DNA from: an uncultured Pseudomonadota bacterium
GTDB taxonomy: Bacteria > Myxococcota_A > Polyangia > Fen-1088
Length of the DNA: 64,000 nt
Assembly (NCBI GenBank): GCA_963847705.1
Contig: CAWKBC010000027.1
Span: 384,001 to 448,000, forward strand
Reading direction: 5' to 3'
Made by a program: the position numbers and the translations under genes. Positions within the stretch are counted from its first letter, which is position 1, and the number at the start of each line of letters is the position of its first letter. Positions 19,224-28,409 of the stretch are shown one piece after another. The notes below the pieces were generated by a model. That model ran no database searches. It saw nothing but the letters and a program-made list of their open reading frames with translations, and was not told where the DNA came from.

Positions 19224-20172
19224 TCAGGGTGTTTCCGGATCGGACGCCTGTGGCACGGGCACGGGTGGGGCGGCGGGCGCCGGTGGCGGCGTGGCCAGGG
19301 CCGGAGGCGCCGATGGAGCGGCCAGAGGAGGCGTCGGCGTGGGGCCCGGTGCCGGCGGCGCCGTTGGAGCGGGTGAGGGGGGGGCCACAGGCGGAGGCGG
19401 GAGTCCCGCCACAAACAGCGGGGCCGACCGCAAGGGTTCCACGTGCCCCTCACCTTCGACCAGAACCGCGTTCTGAAGGCCGATCAGAATCCCCCGGGCC
19501 GAGCTGCGCCAGCGGAACCACGCGCCCGAGGCCGCCCCCGTAAAAGAGGTGCAACGGATGGTTGCCATCGACAGCAACCCATCCGTCGTAGCGGCGCGCC
19601 GCGTCCGCCTCCGCTGCTGTGATGGCGGCGTCCGCCAGGATCGCGACGAGCGCAACTGCGGCGACCGCTCCGGCGGCGGCACCGGCACCGCCGCCGCCGC
19701 CGCCGTGTCGGCCGCCACCCGACCGGCCGAACGACGTGGGGGTGGATCGGCTGGGTGCGGGCGCGGGTCTCCACCCGCCGGCCTTTCCCGGCGGTTTCCA
19801 CCCGCCGCCCACAGGTGGTGCAGCGCGTGGGCCTGCAGCGACGGTCGTCCCGACCTGGCGTGGGAAGACCACCGGCCGCGGCGCAACCACCAGCGGACGG
19901 GGCGCCACGACCACCGGAATCTCGACATCGACGTCGACGCCGACCTCGGGCGGAGGCGGCGCATCGGCGACCAACGCGGGCGGCGGCGGGAGCACGACGT
20001 TGGACGGGACCACGCGCACCTCGCTGCCACGCATCGCGGGCGGCAGCTGCGTGAGCCGTTGAACCTCCCAGGTCGGCACGCGGTACTCGACGGAGGCGCA
20101 GCCCCCGACGCCCACCATCGCGCCCAGAACCAAGCACCGCATCCAGCGCCCCATCCACCTCTCGTCAACCAT
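19224..20172 (-). pseudogene. Pro/Gly-rich putative lipoprotein split by a +1 frameshift near 19490
   Basis: One frame gives a signal peptide with lipobox-like VGVGGC...VVPLAQLGPGD; the next frame continues LIGLQNAVLVEGEG...Pro-rich tail; removing one base at GGGGGATTCTGATC joins them. Confidence 0.55.
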
Positions 20173-20411
20173 GGGGGCGCACAACTTCAATTCCGGGGCC
20201 AACGGCGCCGGGGCACCCCCTGGCCACGATCAAGCGCGAGCTTGCGCCCGCGAACGCGCCCGCCTGGTGACCAAACGCACCGGCGGGGGCACGATGTGTG
20301 AACCGAATGCACAATGCTGGTGCACACACACCCGATCGACGGGAGAGGGCGCCTTGCGATTCCCCGCCGCGCTGAAGCCGAGGGCGCCACGCGCCCTCAT
20401 TCCAGGTTCCG

Positions 20412-21986
20412 CTACTTCGTGAAGAGCGACAGGTCGACCGAGTCGGCCATCTTCTGATAGCCCGCGGGGCTGGGGTGCAATCCATCCCCCGACCCATCCG
20501 CCGAGGTCCAGGTGGCGTACTGCGTTTGCAGCTTGGGGGGATTGCCACCGTCGGTGACCGCGGCGTCGAAATCGAGGACGCCGTCGAAGACCCCGCTCCT
20601 GATGTAGGTGTTCACCTGCTGGCGCACGGCCTCGTGCGCGGCGGTGTAGTACGCGTTGGCGCCGAAAGGCGTGATGGTCGCGCCGAAGATCTTCAGACCC
20701 GCGGCGTGCGCCTGGCTGATCATGCTGGCGTACACCGGCATCATGGAAGAGAACGACGCGCCACCGCCGATGTCGTTGACGCCGTCGAACACGATCACGT
20801 ACCGAACGCCGTCCTGCCCCAACACGTCCCGTTTGAAGCGGGCTTGAGCCGCCGTGCCGCTGCCGACGAGATTGGTCGCGCCAATCCCTTGATTCAGCAT
20901 CCCCACCCCCGACGTCGCGCTCATCCCCTGAAAGCGGGCGGACAGGTCATCCGTCCACCGATCGTTCTTGTCGATGTCGACGCCCCGGCCGTCGGTGATG
21001 GAGTCGCCAATCGCGACCGTGGCGTTGTACGAGGCAGGCGCCATGACGTCGATGCCCGAGATGATGTACCAGTGCTCGGTGGAGGTCGCGGAGCTCATGC
21101 TGGCCGCGTTCACGGTGCTGCTGCCGGCCTGGATGAAGGAATTGGTCCTCGAGCCCGAGTGTCCGGTCACCTCGCTCGGAACGGTTCCGAAGGCGGTGGT
21201 GATGGTGACGTTGCCGAGCGGCGGGACCGTGAAGGTCACCGGGTCGGACCAGACCTCCTTGCCCTGGGCGATGGTCACCGTCTCCGCGCCCGAGAAGGCC
21301 AGGGCGGTGTCGGTCGTCGTGTCGATGGTGCTGTTGACGAGGGGCGTGGCTTTGCAGAGCGCGATGTGCGCCGACTCGATGGTGACCGAGCCATTGCCGA
21401 ACAGATTGGAGAACTGCACCCGAAGCTGGCTACCGCCGATCGAGACGTGCGTGATCTGACGGATCACCGCGTTCGACAGCGAGACGGGAGGCTGGTTGCC
21501 CGAATCGTAATAGGGCGACGCGGCCCAGGTGCCGACCCAGTGTGCCGTGCCGCTGTCGCCGCCGGCACTGCCCCCGGTGCCGTTGGTGCCGCCCGTGGCA
21601 GGGCTGCCGGCGTTGCCGCCGGCGTTCGTTCCGCCCGTGCTGGTGCCGATGCCGCCCGTGCCGGTGCCGCCCGTGCCCGTGAGGCCGCCGGTCCCGTTGC
21701 CGGTGCCTCCGGTGCCGTTCGCTCCGCCCGTGGCCGTGGTCCCGCCCGTCCCCGTCCCGCCGGTCCCGGAGACGCCACCTGTGTGGACGCCTCCGGTTCC
21801 CGGGGTGCCTCCGGTGGACGATCCGCCGGTCCCCGGGCTGCCCCCGGTCGCGGAGGTTCCGCCTGAGCCGAAACCTCCGCTTCCGTTGCCGCCGGAGCCG
21901 GTCCCGTCACCCGTGCCCGAGCTCGCGCAGGCGCCGAGCAGGGCAATGCCACCAAGGAAGCAAGCGAGACGCGGAGTGTTCATCAT
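20412..21986 (-). CDS. SGNH/GDSL hydrolase lipoprotein (probable carbohydrate esterase) with Gly/Thr linker
   Basis: LLGAC lipobox, long TGG-repeat linker, GDSITDG, NQGIG, DGVND and DGLHP motifs. Confidence 0.9.
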   Translation of the reverse strand: MMNTPRLACFLGGIALLGACASSGTGDGTGSGGNGSGGFGSGGTSATGGSPGTGGSSTGGTPGTGGVHTGGVSGTGGTGTGGTTATGGANGTGGTGNGTGGLTGTGGTGTGGIGTSTGGTNAGGNAGSPATGGTNGTGGSAGGDSGTAHWVGTWAASPYYDSGNQPPVSLSNAVIRQITHVSIGGSQLRVQFSNLFGNGSVTIESAHIALCKATPLVNSTIDTTTDTALAFSGAETVTIAQGKEVWSDPVTFTVPPLGNVTITTAFGTVPSEVTGHSGSRTNSFIQAGSSTVNAASMSSATSTEHWYIISGIDVMAPASYNATVAIGDSITDGRGVDIDKNDRWTDDLSARFQGMSATSGVGMLNQGIGATNLVGSGTAAQARFKRDVLGQDGVRYVIVFDGVNDIGGGASFSSMMPVYASMISQAHAAGLKIFGATITPFGANAYYTAAHEAVRQQVNTYIRSGVFDGVLDFDAAVTDGGNPPKLQTQYATWTSADGSGDGLHPSPAGYQKMADSVDLSLFTK

Positions 21987-22011
21987 GGTTCTTTGTTTTG
22001 TTTTGTTTCTG

Positions 22012-23556
22012 TCAGTTGAGCGTCGGGTTGGTCCAGGGGACGTCCGCCTGCCAATTCAAGTCGAAGGTGGTCGAGGGCGGCTTGATGGCGATGTTCGGAG
22101 GCGTGGTGCCTCCCTTGAGGAACCGGGTGACGAACGTGGCGATGCTGTTCTGCTGCGTCGTCGGGGCCGAACAGTGAGCGTGGTTGGAGGTGAAGTCGTA
22201 CCCGATGCTGTTGGGGACGCCCATGGCCGTGAAGACCTGAAGCGCGGCCATCGTCGATTTGTAGCCGGATTCGTCGCCCAGCCAGTCGTAGCCGTCATTC
22301 CCCAGGATGATGACCGCTCGGGGAGCAATCATGGCGATCAGCTCGTGGTGATCGTGCGGCAACTTGTAGGGGTCGAGGCTCTTCATGCTGCTCATGAACC
22401 AGGAGTAGTTGGTGTTGTCGATCTTCTCGACCTGGACGCCCGTGCGGTCCACGAACTCCTGCGACATTCTCCAGGAGTCGATTCCGCCGCCGCCCGACTC
22501 CTCCACGATGGTGAGCGCGACACGCTCGTCGAAGGCCCCGGCAAAGAGGGACATCTTCCCGGCGTAGGAGCAGCCCCAGGTGGAGATCTTGGTCATGTCG
22601 ATGCCCAGTTGGGTCTGGAGCTGCGCGAGACCGTCAATCAGACGGCTGACCCCCCAGGCCCAGGCGCTGTAGTTTCCGATGTGGCCGTAGAGCGAGGGAT
22701 AGAGCTTGTAGAAGGGGTCCGACTGGTTCTGCGTGTTGGTCTGCGAATACATGACCACCTGATCGGTCGAGAAAGGAACCTCGGTGCAGCCCGAGACCAG
22801 GCTGGTCGTTCCATTCATGCCGATGACCACGCAGCTGCCGCTCCCGGAGATGGCCGAGGTGAGCGTGATGGAGTTCGAACCGACCGTCACCTTGACGCTC
22901 ATCGTCTTGCCGGACAGCGTGGCCGCCACGGTCGGCGGCTCTTGCTTGGGGCCGATCTCGTACTTCTCGAGATCCGCCTTGACCTCGTTCCGTCGGCACT
23001 CCCACTGCGCCTTGGTCGAGATGATGGTGCCATCGTGCATGGCGAAGGGATTGGGCAGCAGCTTGTTGTCCGCGCTCAGCAAGGCGCCCGCGGTGGCGTT
23101 GCAGTTGGAGCCGCTGTTCTCGACGGTCCCAATCGGCGCCGCACCTCCTGTCGCGCCCGTCCCGGTGGTACCGCCGGTCGAGGCGGAGGCGCCGGCCGCG
23201 CCGCCCGTCGCGCTGTTGCCGCCGGTCCCGACGTTGCCGCCCGTCGCGCTGTTGCCGCCGGTCCCGACGGTGCCGCCCGTCGCGCTGTTGCCACCGGTGC
23301 CCACGCCGCCAGTCCCGATCGTCCCGCCCGTGCTCCTGTTGCCGCCGGTTCCAACCGTCCCGCCCGTGCTGGAGGAGCCGCCCGTGCTGGAGGCGCCGCC
23401 GGTGCTGGTCGTGCCGCCGGTGCTGGTGGAGCCGCCGGTGCCGGTGGTTCCGCCGGTGCTCGAGGAGCCTCCGGTGCCGGTGTCGCCACCGCCGCTTTGG
23501 GCGCAGGAGAGGCACACCGAGATGGTCGCGAGCGTCATCAATCGTTTGAGCAGCAT
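22012..23556 (-). CDS. CE15 glucuronoyl esterase-like lipoprotein with Gly/Thr linker
   Basis: LPNPF, WECRRNE, AWAWGVSRLIDGL, GCSYAGK (nucleophile), AGAFDER, ESGGGG, DHHELIAMIAPR and H-C motifs. Confidence 0.87.
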   Translation of the reverse strand: MLLKRLMTLATISVCLSCAQSGGGDTGTGGSSSTGGTTGTGGSTSTGGTTSTGGASSTGGSSSTGGTVGTGGNRSTGGTIGTGGVGTGGNSATGGTVGTGGNSATGGNVGTGGNSATGGAAGASASTGGTTGTGATGGAAPIGTVENSGSNCNATAGALLSADNKLLPNPFAMHDGTIISTKAQWECRRNEVKADLEKYEIGPKQEPPTVAATLSGKTMSVKVTVGSNSITLTSAISGSGSCVVIGMNGTTSLVSGCTEVPFSTDQVVMYSQTNTQNQSDPFYKLYPSLYGHIGNYSAWAWGVSRLIDGLAQLQTQLGIDMTKISTWGCSYAGKMSLFAGAFDERVALTIVEESGGGGIDSWRMSQEFVDRTGVQVEKIDNTNYSWFMSSMKSLDPYKLPHDHHELIAMIAPRAVIILGNDGYDWLGDESGYKSTMAALQVFTAMGVPNSIGYDFTSNHAHCSAPTTQQNSIATFVTRFLKGGTTPPNIAIKPPSTTFDLNWQADVPWTNPTLN

Positions 23557-23707
23557 GTGAACTCCTTGGGCGGAACAGGCCGAAAGTGGCGGTCGCTTCG
23601 TCGGCAAGCGGCGAAGCAGACGGGGGTCACCGTGCAAGGGGAATGGGTGGGGCGGATGCAAACCTTCGTTTCTTGATTCCGCTATTTTCAAATTCGGCTC
23701 ACGAACG

Positions 23708-23741
23708 CCAAAAATGAGAACAACCAACCAAACATGAGAAC
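23708..23741. promoter_or_regulatory. Tandem 14-bp direct repeat upstream of the CE15-SGNH operon (candidate operator)
   Basis: CCAAAAATGAGAAC (23708-23721) and CCAAACATGAGAAC (23728-23741), 20-bp period, in an AT-rich intergenic patch. Confidence 0.5.
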
Positions 23742-23766
23742 TGCCGCCGGTCCATCGACGGTCGAA

Positions 23767-24735
23767 TTACCGTCGAGCTTCGAGCGCGACGCCGAGCGAG
23801 AGACCAATCTGCAGCGGCGCGGTCGTCCCTATATTCCCGAGCGGGGCGACAGCGATCTCGTAGGTGCGCGGAAAATAGTCGACGTGCAGACTCGCGAAGG
23901 GCGCGAGGCCGGGACGGGCGAGGCGCAGCTCCAGCGCCAGCCGGGCGCCGGCGTCGAAGCGCGTGACGGGGAGAGTCATGTCGAGCCCCTGTCCATGCAA
24001 CGTGAATGGGGTGAGGGCGACCCCGAGGTCTGCGCCCATCTCCAAATGCGCGCTGGCTCTCCGGCGAAAGGTGCCGGAGAGGCTGCACGGAAAGCGCTGC
24101 TGGGTGACCTGGACAGAGTCGATCGTGTTTTGGGTCGACGTCACCAGGCCGGCGGACGCTTCGATGCCGAACGAACCTCTTCCGATGGCCACGTCGAGCT
24201 CGCCCCCGACGGTGGCTCCGCTCGTCGCGTCGCTGCCGGCGCCCACGGCGCCATCGACGCGAGCCGCCACACCGACGGACAGCCAGCTGAGTTCGCGCTC
24301 CCACTCCGGCGGCGGCTGCGGTCGTTGAATGGCGGGCGGGACCGGTGGCGGCGGGCGCATCGCCTCGAGCGACGGTGGGTTCATGGCCAGCGCCACGAAC
24401 ACGGCCGCGACGCGGGCGCGTTCGGTGCAGTCGCGTGGCGCGTCGGCATAGCGCTGCACCTGTCCACCGACGGTGACCTCGAAGGCGTCGCCGAGATCCG
24501 CGAGTCGGAAGTCTGACGGCAACGGATCGAGGTTCGGCCGGAAGTGAGCCAGGGCGGGCGAAAGCGCGGCGGCCACCGCCTCGCGGGTGGGACAGCTGCT
24601 CACCTGCTCCCCGTCGCTCCTCGGCGCGCCGCTCGGAGCGACGGTCGGCGCGGGGATCGGCTCCGCATGTACGCCTCCGCTTGCCTCCGCGGGCGACGCA
24701 AGGACGGTCATGGTGAGGAACAGGGCGATGTTCAT
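23767..24735 (-). CDS. Secreted hypothetical protein, C-terminal half beta-barrel-like
   Basis: Signal peptide MNIALFLTMTVLASPA; CP...C..RA motif; Pro-rich linker; amphipathic beta strands. Confidence 0.6.
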   Translation of the reverse strand: MNIALFLTMTVLASPAEASGGVHAEPIPAPTVAPSGAPRSDGEQVSSCPTREAVAAALSPALAHFRPNLDPLPSDFRLADLGDAFEVTVGGQVQRYADAPRDCTERARVAAVFVALAMNPPSLEAMRPPPPVPPAIQRPQPPPEWERELSWLSVGVAARVDGAVGAGSDATSGATVGGELDVAIGRGSFGIEASAGLVTSTQNTIDSVQVTQQRFPCSLSGTFRRRASAHLEMGADLGVALTPFTLHGQGLDMTLPVTRFDAGARLALELRLARPGLAPFASLHVDYFPRTYEIAVAPLGNIGTTAPLQIGLSLGVALEARR

Positions 24736-24859
24736 CTGGAGGCTGTGTCGCGCCGCTCGCGATCGGTTCGGTCGAGGGGTTCGACGGCCTTCGTGGCCTG
24801 CCGCGGCCCGGTATGGTATCCAGGATTCGATCGTGGCCGCCAAGGAGATTGTTGCGCGC

Positions 24860-25642
24860 GTGCGATTGGACGTCGTGGCGACGATGCTCCTGGCCTGCCT
24901 CCTCGGCGCTGCGGCGTGCGCCCGGCAGGCCGATTTGGGAAGCATCGGAGACGGCCCGGCCAGCGTCCTTTGGCGGGGGACCTTCGAGCCGGGCGATCTC
25001 TCCGAGTGGACCGGGGACGGGGAAGGCAAGGCCTACACGCAAAACACCGGCGGTGTCATGCCGGTGGCGACCCTGGCCATGGCGCACAGCGGTCACTATG
25101 GCGGGCAGTTCACCATCGCGCCCCAGGCGAGCATGCAGTCCACGAGCTACCTCTATCGCAACCAGCCGAGCCCGCCCGAGGGGTACTACAGCGCCTGGTT
25201 CTATGTCCCATCGACAATCATCGTCGGGTCCTGGCTGAGCCTCTCCCATTTCAGCGGCAGCGACACAGGTGATGGAAAGAACCTTTCCGCAATCTGGGAC
25301 GTCAATCTCTACCCCCTGCTGGGAGGGGGGCTGGCGGCGCAGCTCTACGACTACCTCGGCGTCGGGTTCAACCTGCGGCAGACCATCCCCGTTCCCTTCC
25401 CGCTCGACACCTGGGTGCAGCTCGAGGTCTACGTCTCGAAAGCCACCGGACCGACCGGTGAAGTCACCGTCTGGCAAGACGGCGTCCAGATCCTTCAGCG
25501 GCCGAATGTCCAGACCGTCTCCAACGACTGGATGCAGTGGGACGCCGGGGCGGCTGCGGACGCCACCACTCTTCCCTCGCCGTCCTACGTCTACATGGAC
25601 GACGCTGCGATCAGCCTGGTCCGCCTCGGGCCAGGTTCTTGA
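24860..25642 (+). CDS. Lipoprotein with polysaccharide-lyase/ConA-like beta-jelly-roll domain
   Basis: AAAC lipobox; FEPGDLSEW, YYSAWFYVP, WVQLEVY, GEVTVWQDG and YMDDAAIS motifs; start approximate. Confidence 0.6.
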   Translation: MRLDVVATMLLACLLGAAACARQADLGSIGDGPASVLWRGTFEPGDLSEWTGDGEGKAYTQNTGGVMPVATLAMAHSGHYGGQFTIAPQASMQSTSYLYRNQPSPPEGYYSAWFYVPSTIIVGSWLSLSHFSGSDTGDGKNLSAIWDVNLYPLLGGGLAAQLYDYLGVGFNLRQTIPVPFPLDTWVQLEVYVSKATGPTGEVTVWQDGVQILQRPNVQTVSNDWMQWDAGAAADATTLPSPSYVYMDDAAISLVRLGPGS

Positions 25643-25772
25643 CACGCAACCCCGAACGGCGCCGGGCGGCTACAGGCCGGAAGGGCGGGAGAACGAACGG
25701 CCTCGTGCGTCGCAGGCCCCCTACGAAGTGAAGGTTTTCTTCCCTCGTACCCATGTACTCTTTACAACCGTC

Positions 25773-26432
25773 ATGACTCCCGTGACCGTCCTCGCCCAGA
25801 CCCGCTCCGAGCCGCCGACCCTGCGGGTGGTGGCTGGTGGCGGCAGGGGGGCGGGGGGGGAGCGCGCCGGGCAATCGACCGCCGCTCCGAAGGGCGCCGA
25901 CTCGAGCCGTGACGTTCAGTTTCGCGAGATCTACGAGCGGTGGTTCGACGACGTGGTCGGGTGGCTCTACGCGCTCGGCGCGCCCGGTGCGGACACGGAA
26001 GATCTCGCCCAGGAAATCTTCATCGTGGTTCGCCGAAATTTGGGGCGTTTCGACGGAGGGAATCTGGCGGGCTGGCTGTATCGAATCGCGCAGCTCACGG
26101 TTCGCGATCACCGGCGGCGTTCCTGGTTCAGGAATCTCGTGCTGCGGAGGCAGGAGGTGGATCTCAGCAAGATGCCGCACGACGCCGACAGCCCGGCCCG
26201 TAATTTCGAGGACGCCGAGGCGCGCCGGCAGTTCCAGCTCATGGTCACCAAGATGCACGGGAAGCTGGTGACGACCTTCATCCTCTTCGAAATCGAAGGC
26301 TACTCCGGTGAGGAGATCGCTCGCATCCAGGACATCCCCATCGGCACCGTCTGGACCAGATTGCACAAGGCACGGAAAGAATTTTGGAAGCTGGTGAAAG
26401 ACCAGCGCGAAGCTGACGAAGGAATCCGATGA
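25773..26432 (+). CDS. ECF RNA polymerase sigma factor
   Basis: EDLAQEIF, GWLYRIA and EGYSGEEIARIQDIPIGTVWTRLHKAR motifs. Confidence 0.92.
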   Translation: MTPVTVLAQTRSEPPTLRVVAGGGRGAGGERAGQSTAAPKGADSSRDVQFREIYERWFDDVVGWLYALGAPGADTEDLAQEIFIVVRRNLGRFDGGNLAGWLYRIAQLTVRDHRRRSWFRNLVLRRQEVDLSKMPHDADSPARNFEDAEARRQFQLMVTKMHGKLVTTFILFEIEGYSGEEIARIQDIPIGTVWTRLHKARKEFWKLVKDQREADEGIR

Positions 26433-27232
26433 ACCGCCTCCGCGAAGAATCCGGGCTCGATCCGATCTCCGAAAAGGGAATCGAGATGTTGCGTGCGGTG
26501 CGACCGACCGCGAGCTCGCCCTTGTTGAAGCGCAGAGTGTGGGCCGCTCTGCAAGCGTCGACAATCGCCTCGCCGGTCCGCCAGCGGTCGTCCATGCTGA
26601 GAGTCGTGGTGGTTGGTGTCGGGCTGGTGGCGTTCACTGCGACGGCCGCTGCCACGATCGGCGGCCGGCGAATCGCGACGCGGATCGAGCAGTTCTTGGG
26701 GCCCCTGGGCGGGGGTGGTGCGGGCGTTGCGCAGCCTCGGTCGGAGCGCACAAAGCCGGTTCGGGTCGTCGCGGAGGCTCCCAAGGCTCCGGAGGTGGAG
26801 ATGCTCCCGGAGAGCGCTGCCTCCCAGGAGCCGGCCCAGGCCGACAGCCGAGCGGCCGTCGCGGGATCTGCACCGGCGTCGTCCACGCACGTTGCGCTGC
26901 GACCGACGAGGACCGGTTCCCTCGCGGTGGAGACGACGCGAGAGCGCGCACAGGTCTGGGAGGCGCTGGTCGCGCTCCGGCGCGATCACGACCCGAATCA
27001 CGCCGCGGCGCTGCTCAACCACGAGCTCGAGGCCAACCCGCACGGCGTCCTCCGCCAGGAGGCTCTGGTGCTGGCAATCGAAGCCGCCGATGCCCGCGGC
27101 GATCGCCGGGGCGCCGAGGGCTTTGCGCGCGCCTACCAGCGAGAGTTTCCGACCGGCCGATTCATGCAGCTGGCGCAGCGCTATCTCGACGAGAAGAACG
27201 CGCGCGTGCGCGCTCTCCCCTCGAATCCGTAG
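26429..27232 (+). CDS. Putative membrane anti-sigma factor with C-terminal TPR-like helices
   Basis: ATGA overlap with the ECF gene; single TM helix; low-complexity linker; P.G.L..EA...A...A..Y...FP.G motif. Confidence 0.6.
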   Translation: MNRLREESGLDPISEKGIEMLRAVRPTASSPLLKRRVWAALQASTIASPVRQRSSMLRVVVVGVGLVAFTATAAATIGGRRIATRIEQFLGPLGGGGAGVAQPRSERTKPVRVVAEAPKAPEVEMLPESAASQEPAQADSRAAVAGSAPASSTHVALRPTRTGSLAVETTRERAQVWEALVALRRDHDPNHAAALLNHELEANPHGVLRQEALVLAIEAADARGDRRGAEGFARAYQREFPTGRFMQLAQRYLDEKNARVRALPSNP

Positions 27233-27509
27233 CGCCAGTCGTCAACGCGCCCGAGGCGGCGGCGCCCGGCAGAGCTTCGGACTCTTGCGCGCGTGCGGGC
27301 CGCGGCCAGGGTCGCGCGTGCAATGGCCGCCGGAGCAAGGGCAATGCGTTGAAAGTGAGATTGCCGGTCGATTTGGTGAGCCGGTTTGACCGTTGTCGGA
27401 TTTTGTGTGGCGAGACACGCTTTGATTGAGCGGGGGGCGATTCCATCGGTATAAGCTCCCAATCAGGAGTGGAACCAGCAACAACAGGGGACCCCCGAGG
27501 TTGTCGACC

Positions 27510-28409
27510 ATGTCTTTGAGTCATTTGCAGCGTCTCGAAGCGGAGACCATCCAGATCCTCCGCGAGGTCGTGGCCGAGACCGAGAGGCCGGTCATGATGT
27601 ACTCGATCGGCAAGGACAGCGCCGTGATGCTGCACATCGCGCGCAAGGCCTTCTTTCCGGCGGGGCTTCCGTTTCCGTTGCTTCACGTCGACACGACCTG
27701 GAAATTTCGCGAGATGTACGCCCTGCGCGACAAGGTCGCTGCCACGCCGGGAACGGAGCTCATCGTCTACATCAATCCCGACGCGGTCGCGCGGGGGATC
27801 AATCCTTTCACCCACGGCTCGGCGGTCCACACCGACCTCTGGAAGACGCAGGGACTCAAGCAGGCGCTCGACAAGTATGGCTTCGACGCGGCCCTGGGCG
27901 GCGCCCGTCGGGACGAGGAGAAATCGCGCGCCAAGGAGCGGGTGTTCTCGTTTCGCACCGTGCAGCACCGCTGGGATCCCAAGAACCAGCGGCCGGAGCT
28001 CTGGCGCCTCTACAACACGCGCAAGCACAAGGGGGAGTCGATCCGCGTCTTCCCCCTCTCGAACTGGACCGAGCTCGACGTCTGGCGCTACATCGAGCTG
28101 GAGGGAATTCCGATCGTGCCGCTCTATTTGAGCCGCGAGCGGCCGGTGGTCGAGCGCGACGGCGTGCTGGTCATGGTCGACGACGAGCGGATGCCGCTCC
28201 GGCCTGGAGAAAAGCCCAAGCTGCGCAAGGTGCGGTTTCGGACGCTGGGTTGCTATCCGTTGACGGGCGCCGTCGAATCGACCGCCGCCACCATCCCCGA
28301 GATCATCGCGGAGATGGCCCGCGCCCGGACCTCGGAGCGGCAGGGACGGCTCATCGATCAGGACGCGCCCGGTTCGATGGAGATCAAGAAGCAGGAGGGT
28401 TACTTCTGA
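27510..28409 (+). CDS. cysD: Sulfate adenylyltransferase subunit 2
   Basis: [39 protein letters not shown] and KKQEGYF motifs. Confidence 0.97.
   Translation: MSLSHLQRLEAETIQILREVVAETERPVMMYSIGKDSAVMLHIARKAFFPAGLPFPLLHVDTTWKFREMYALRDKVAATPGTELIVYINPDAVARGINPFTHGSAVHTDLWKTQGLKQALDKYGFDAALGGARRDEEKSRAKERVFSFRTVQHRWDPKNQRPELWRLYNTRKHKGESIRVFPLSNWTELDVWRYIELEGIPIVPLYLSRERPVVERDGVLVMVDDERMPLRPGEKPKLRKVRFRTLGCYPLTGAVESTAATIPEIIAEMARARTSERQGRLIDQDAPGSMEIKKQEGYF

Noticed and set aside
19484-19495. Programmed ribosomal frameshift
   Set aside because: No canonical slippery heptamer or shift-prone stop context; a simple indel is more likely
21529-23676. Pro/Val-rich plus-strand ORFs (PPVP repeats)
   Set aside because: Reverse-complement reading of the Gly/Thr linkers of the SGNH and CE15 genes
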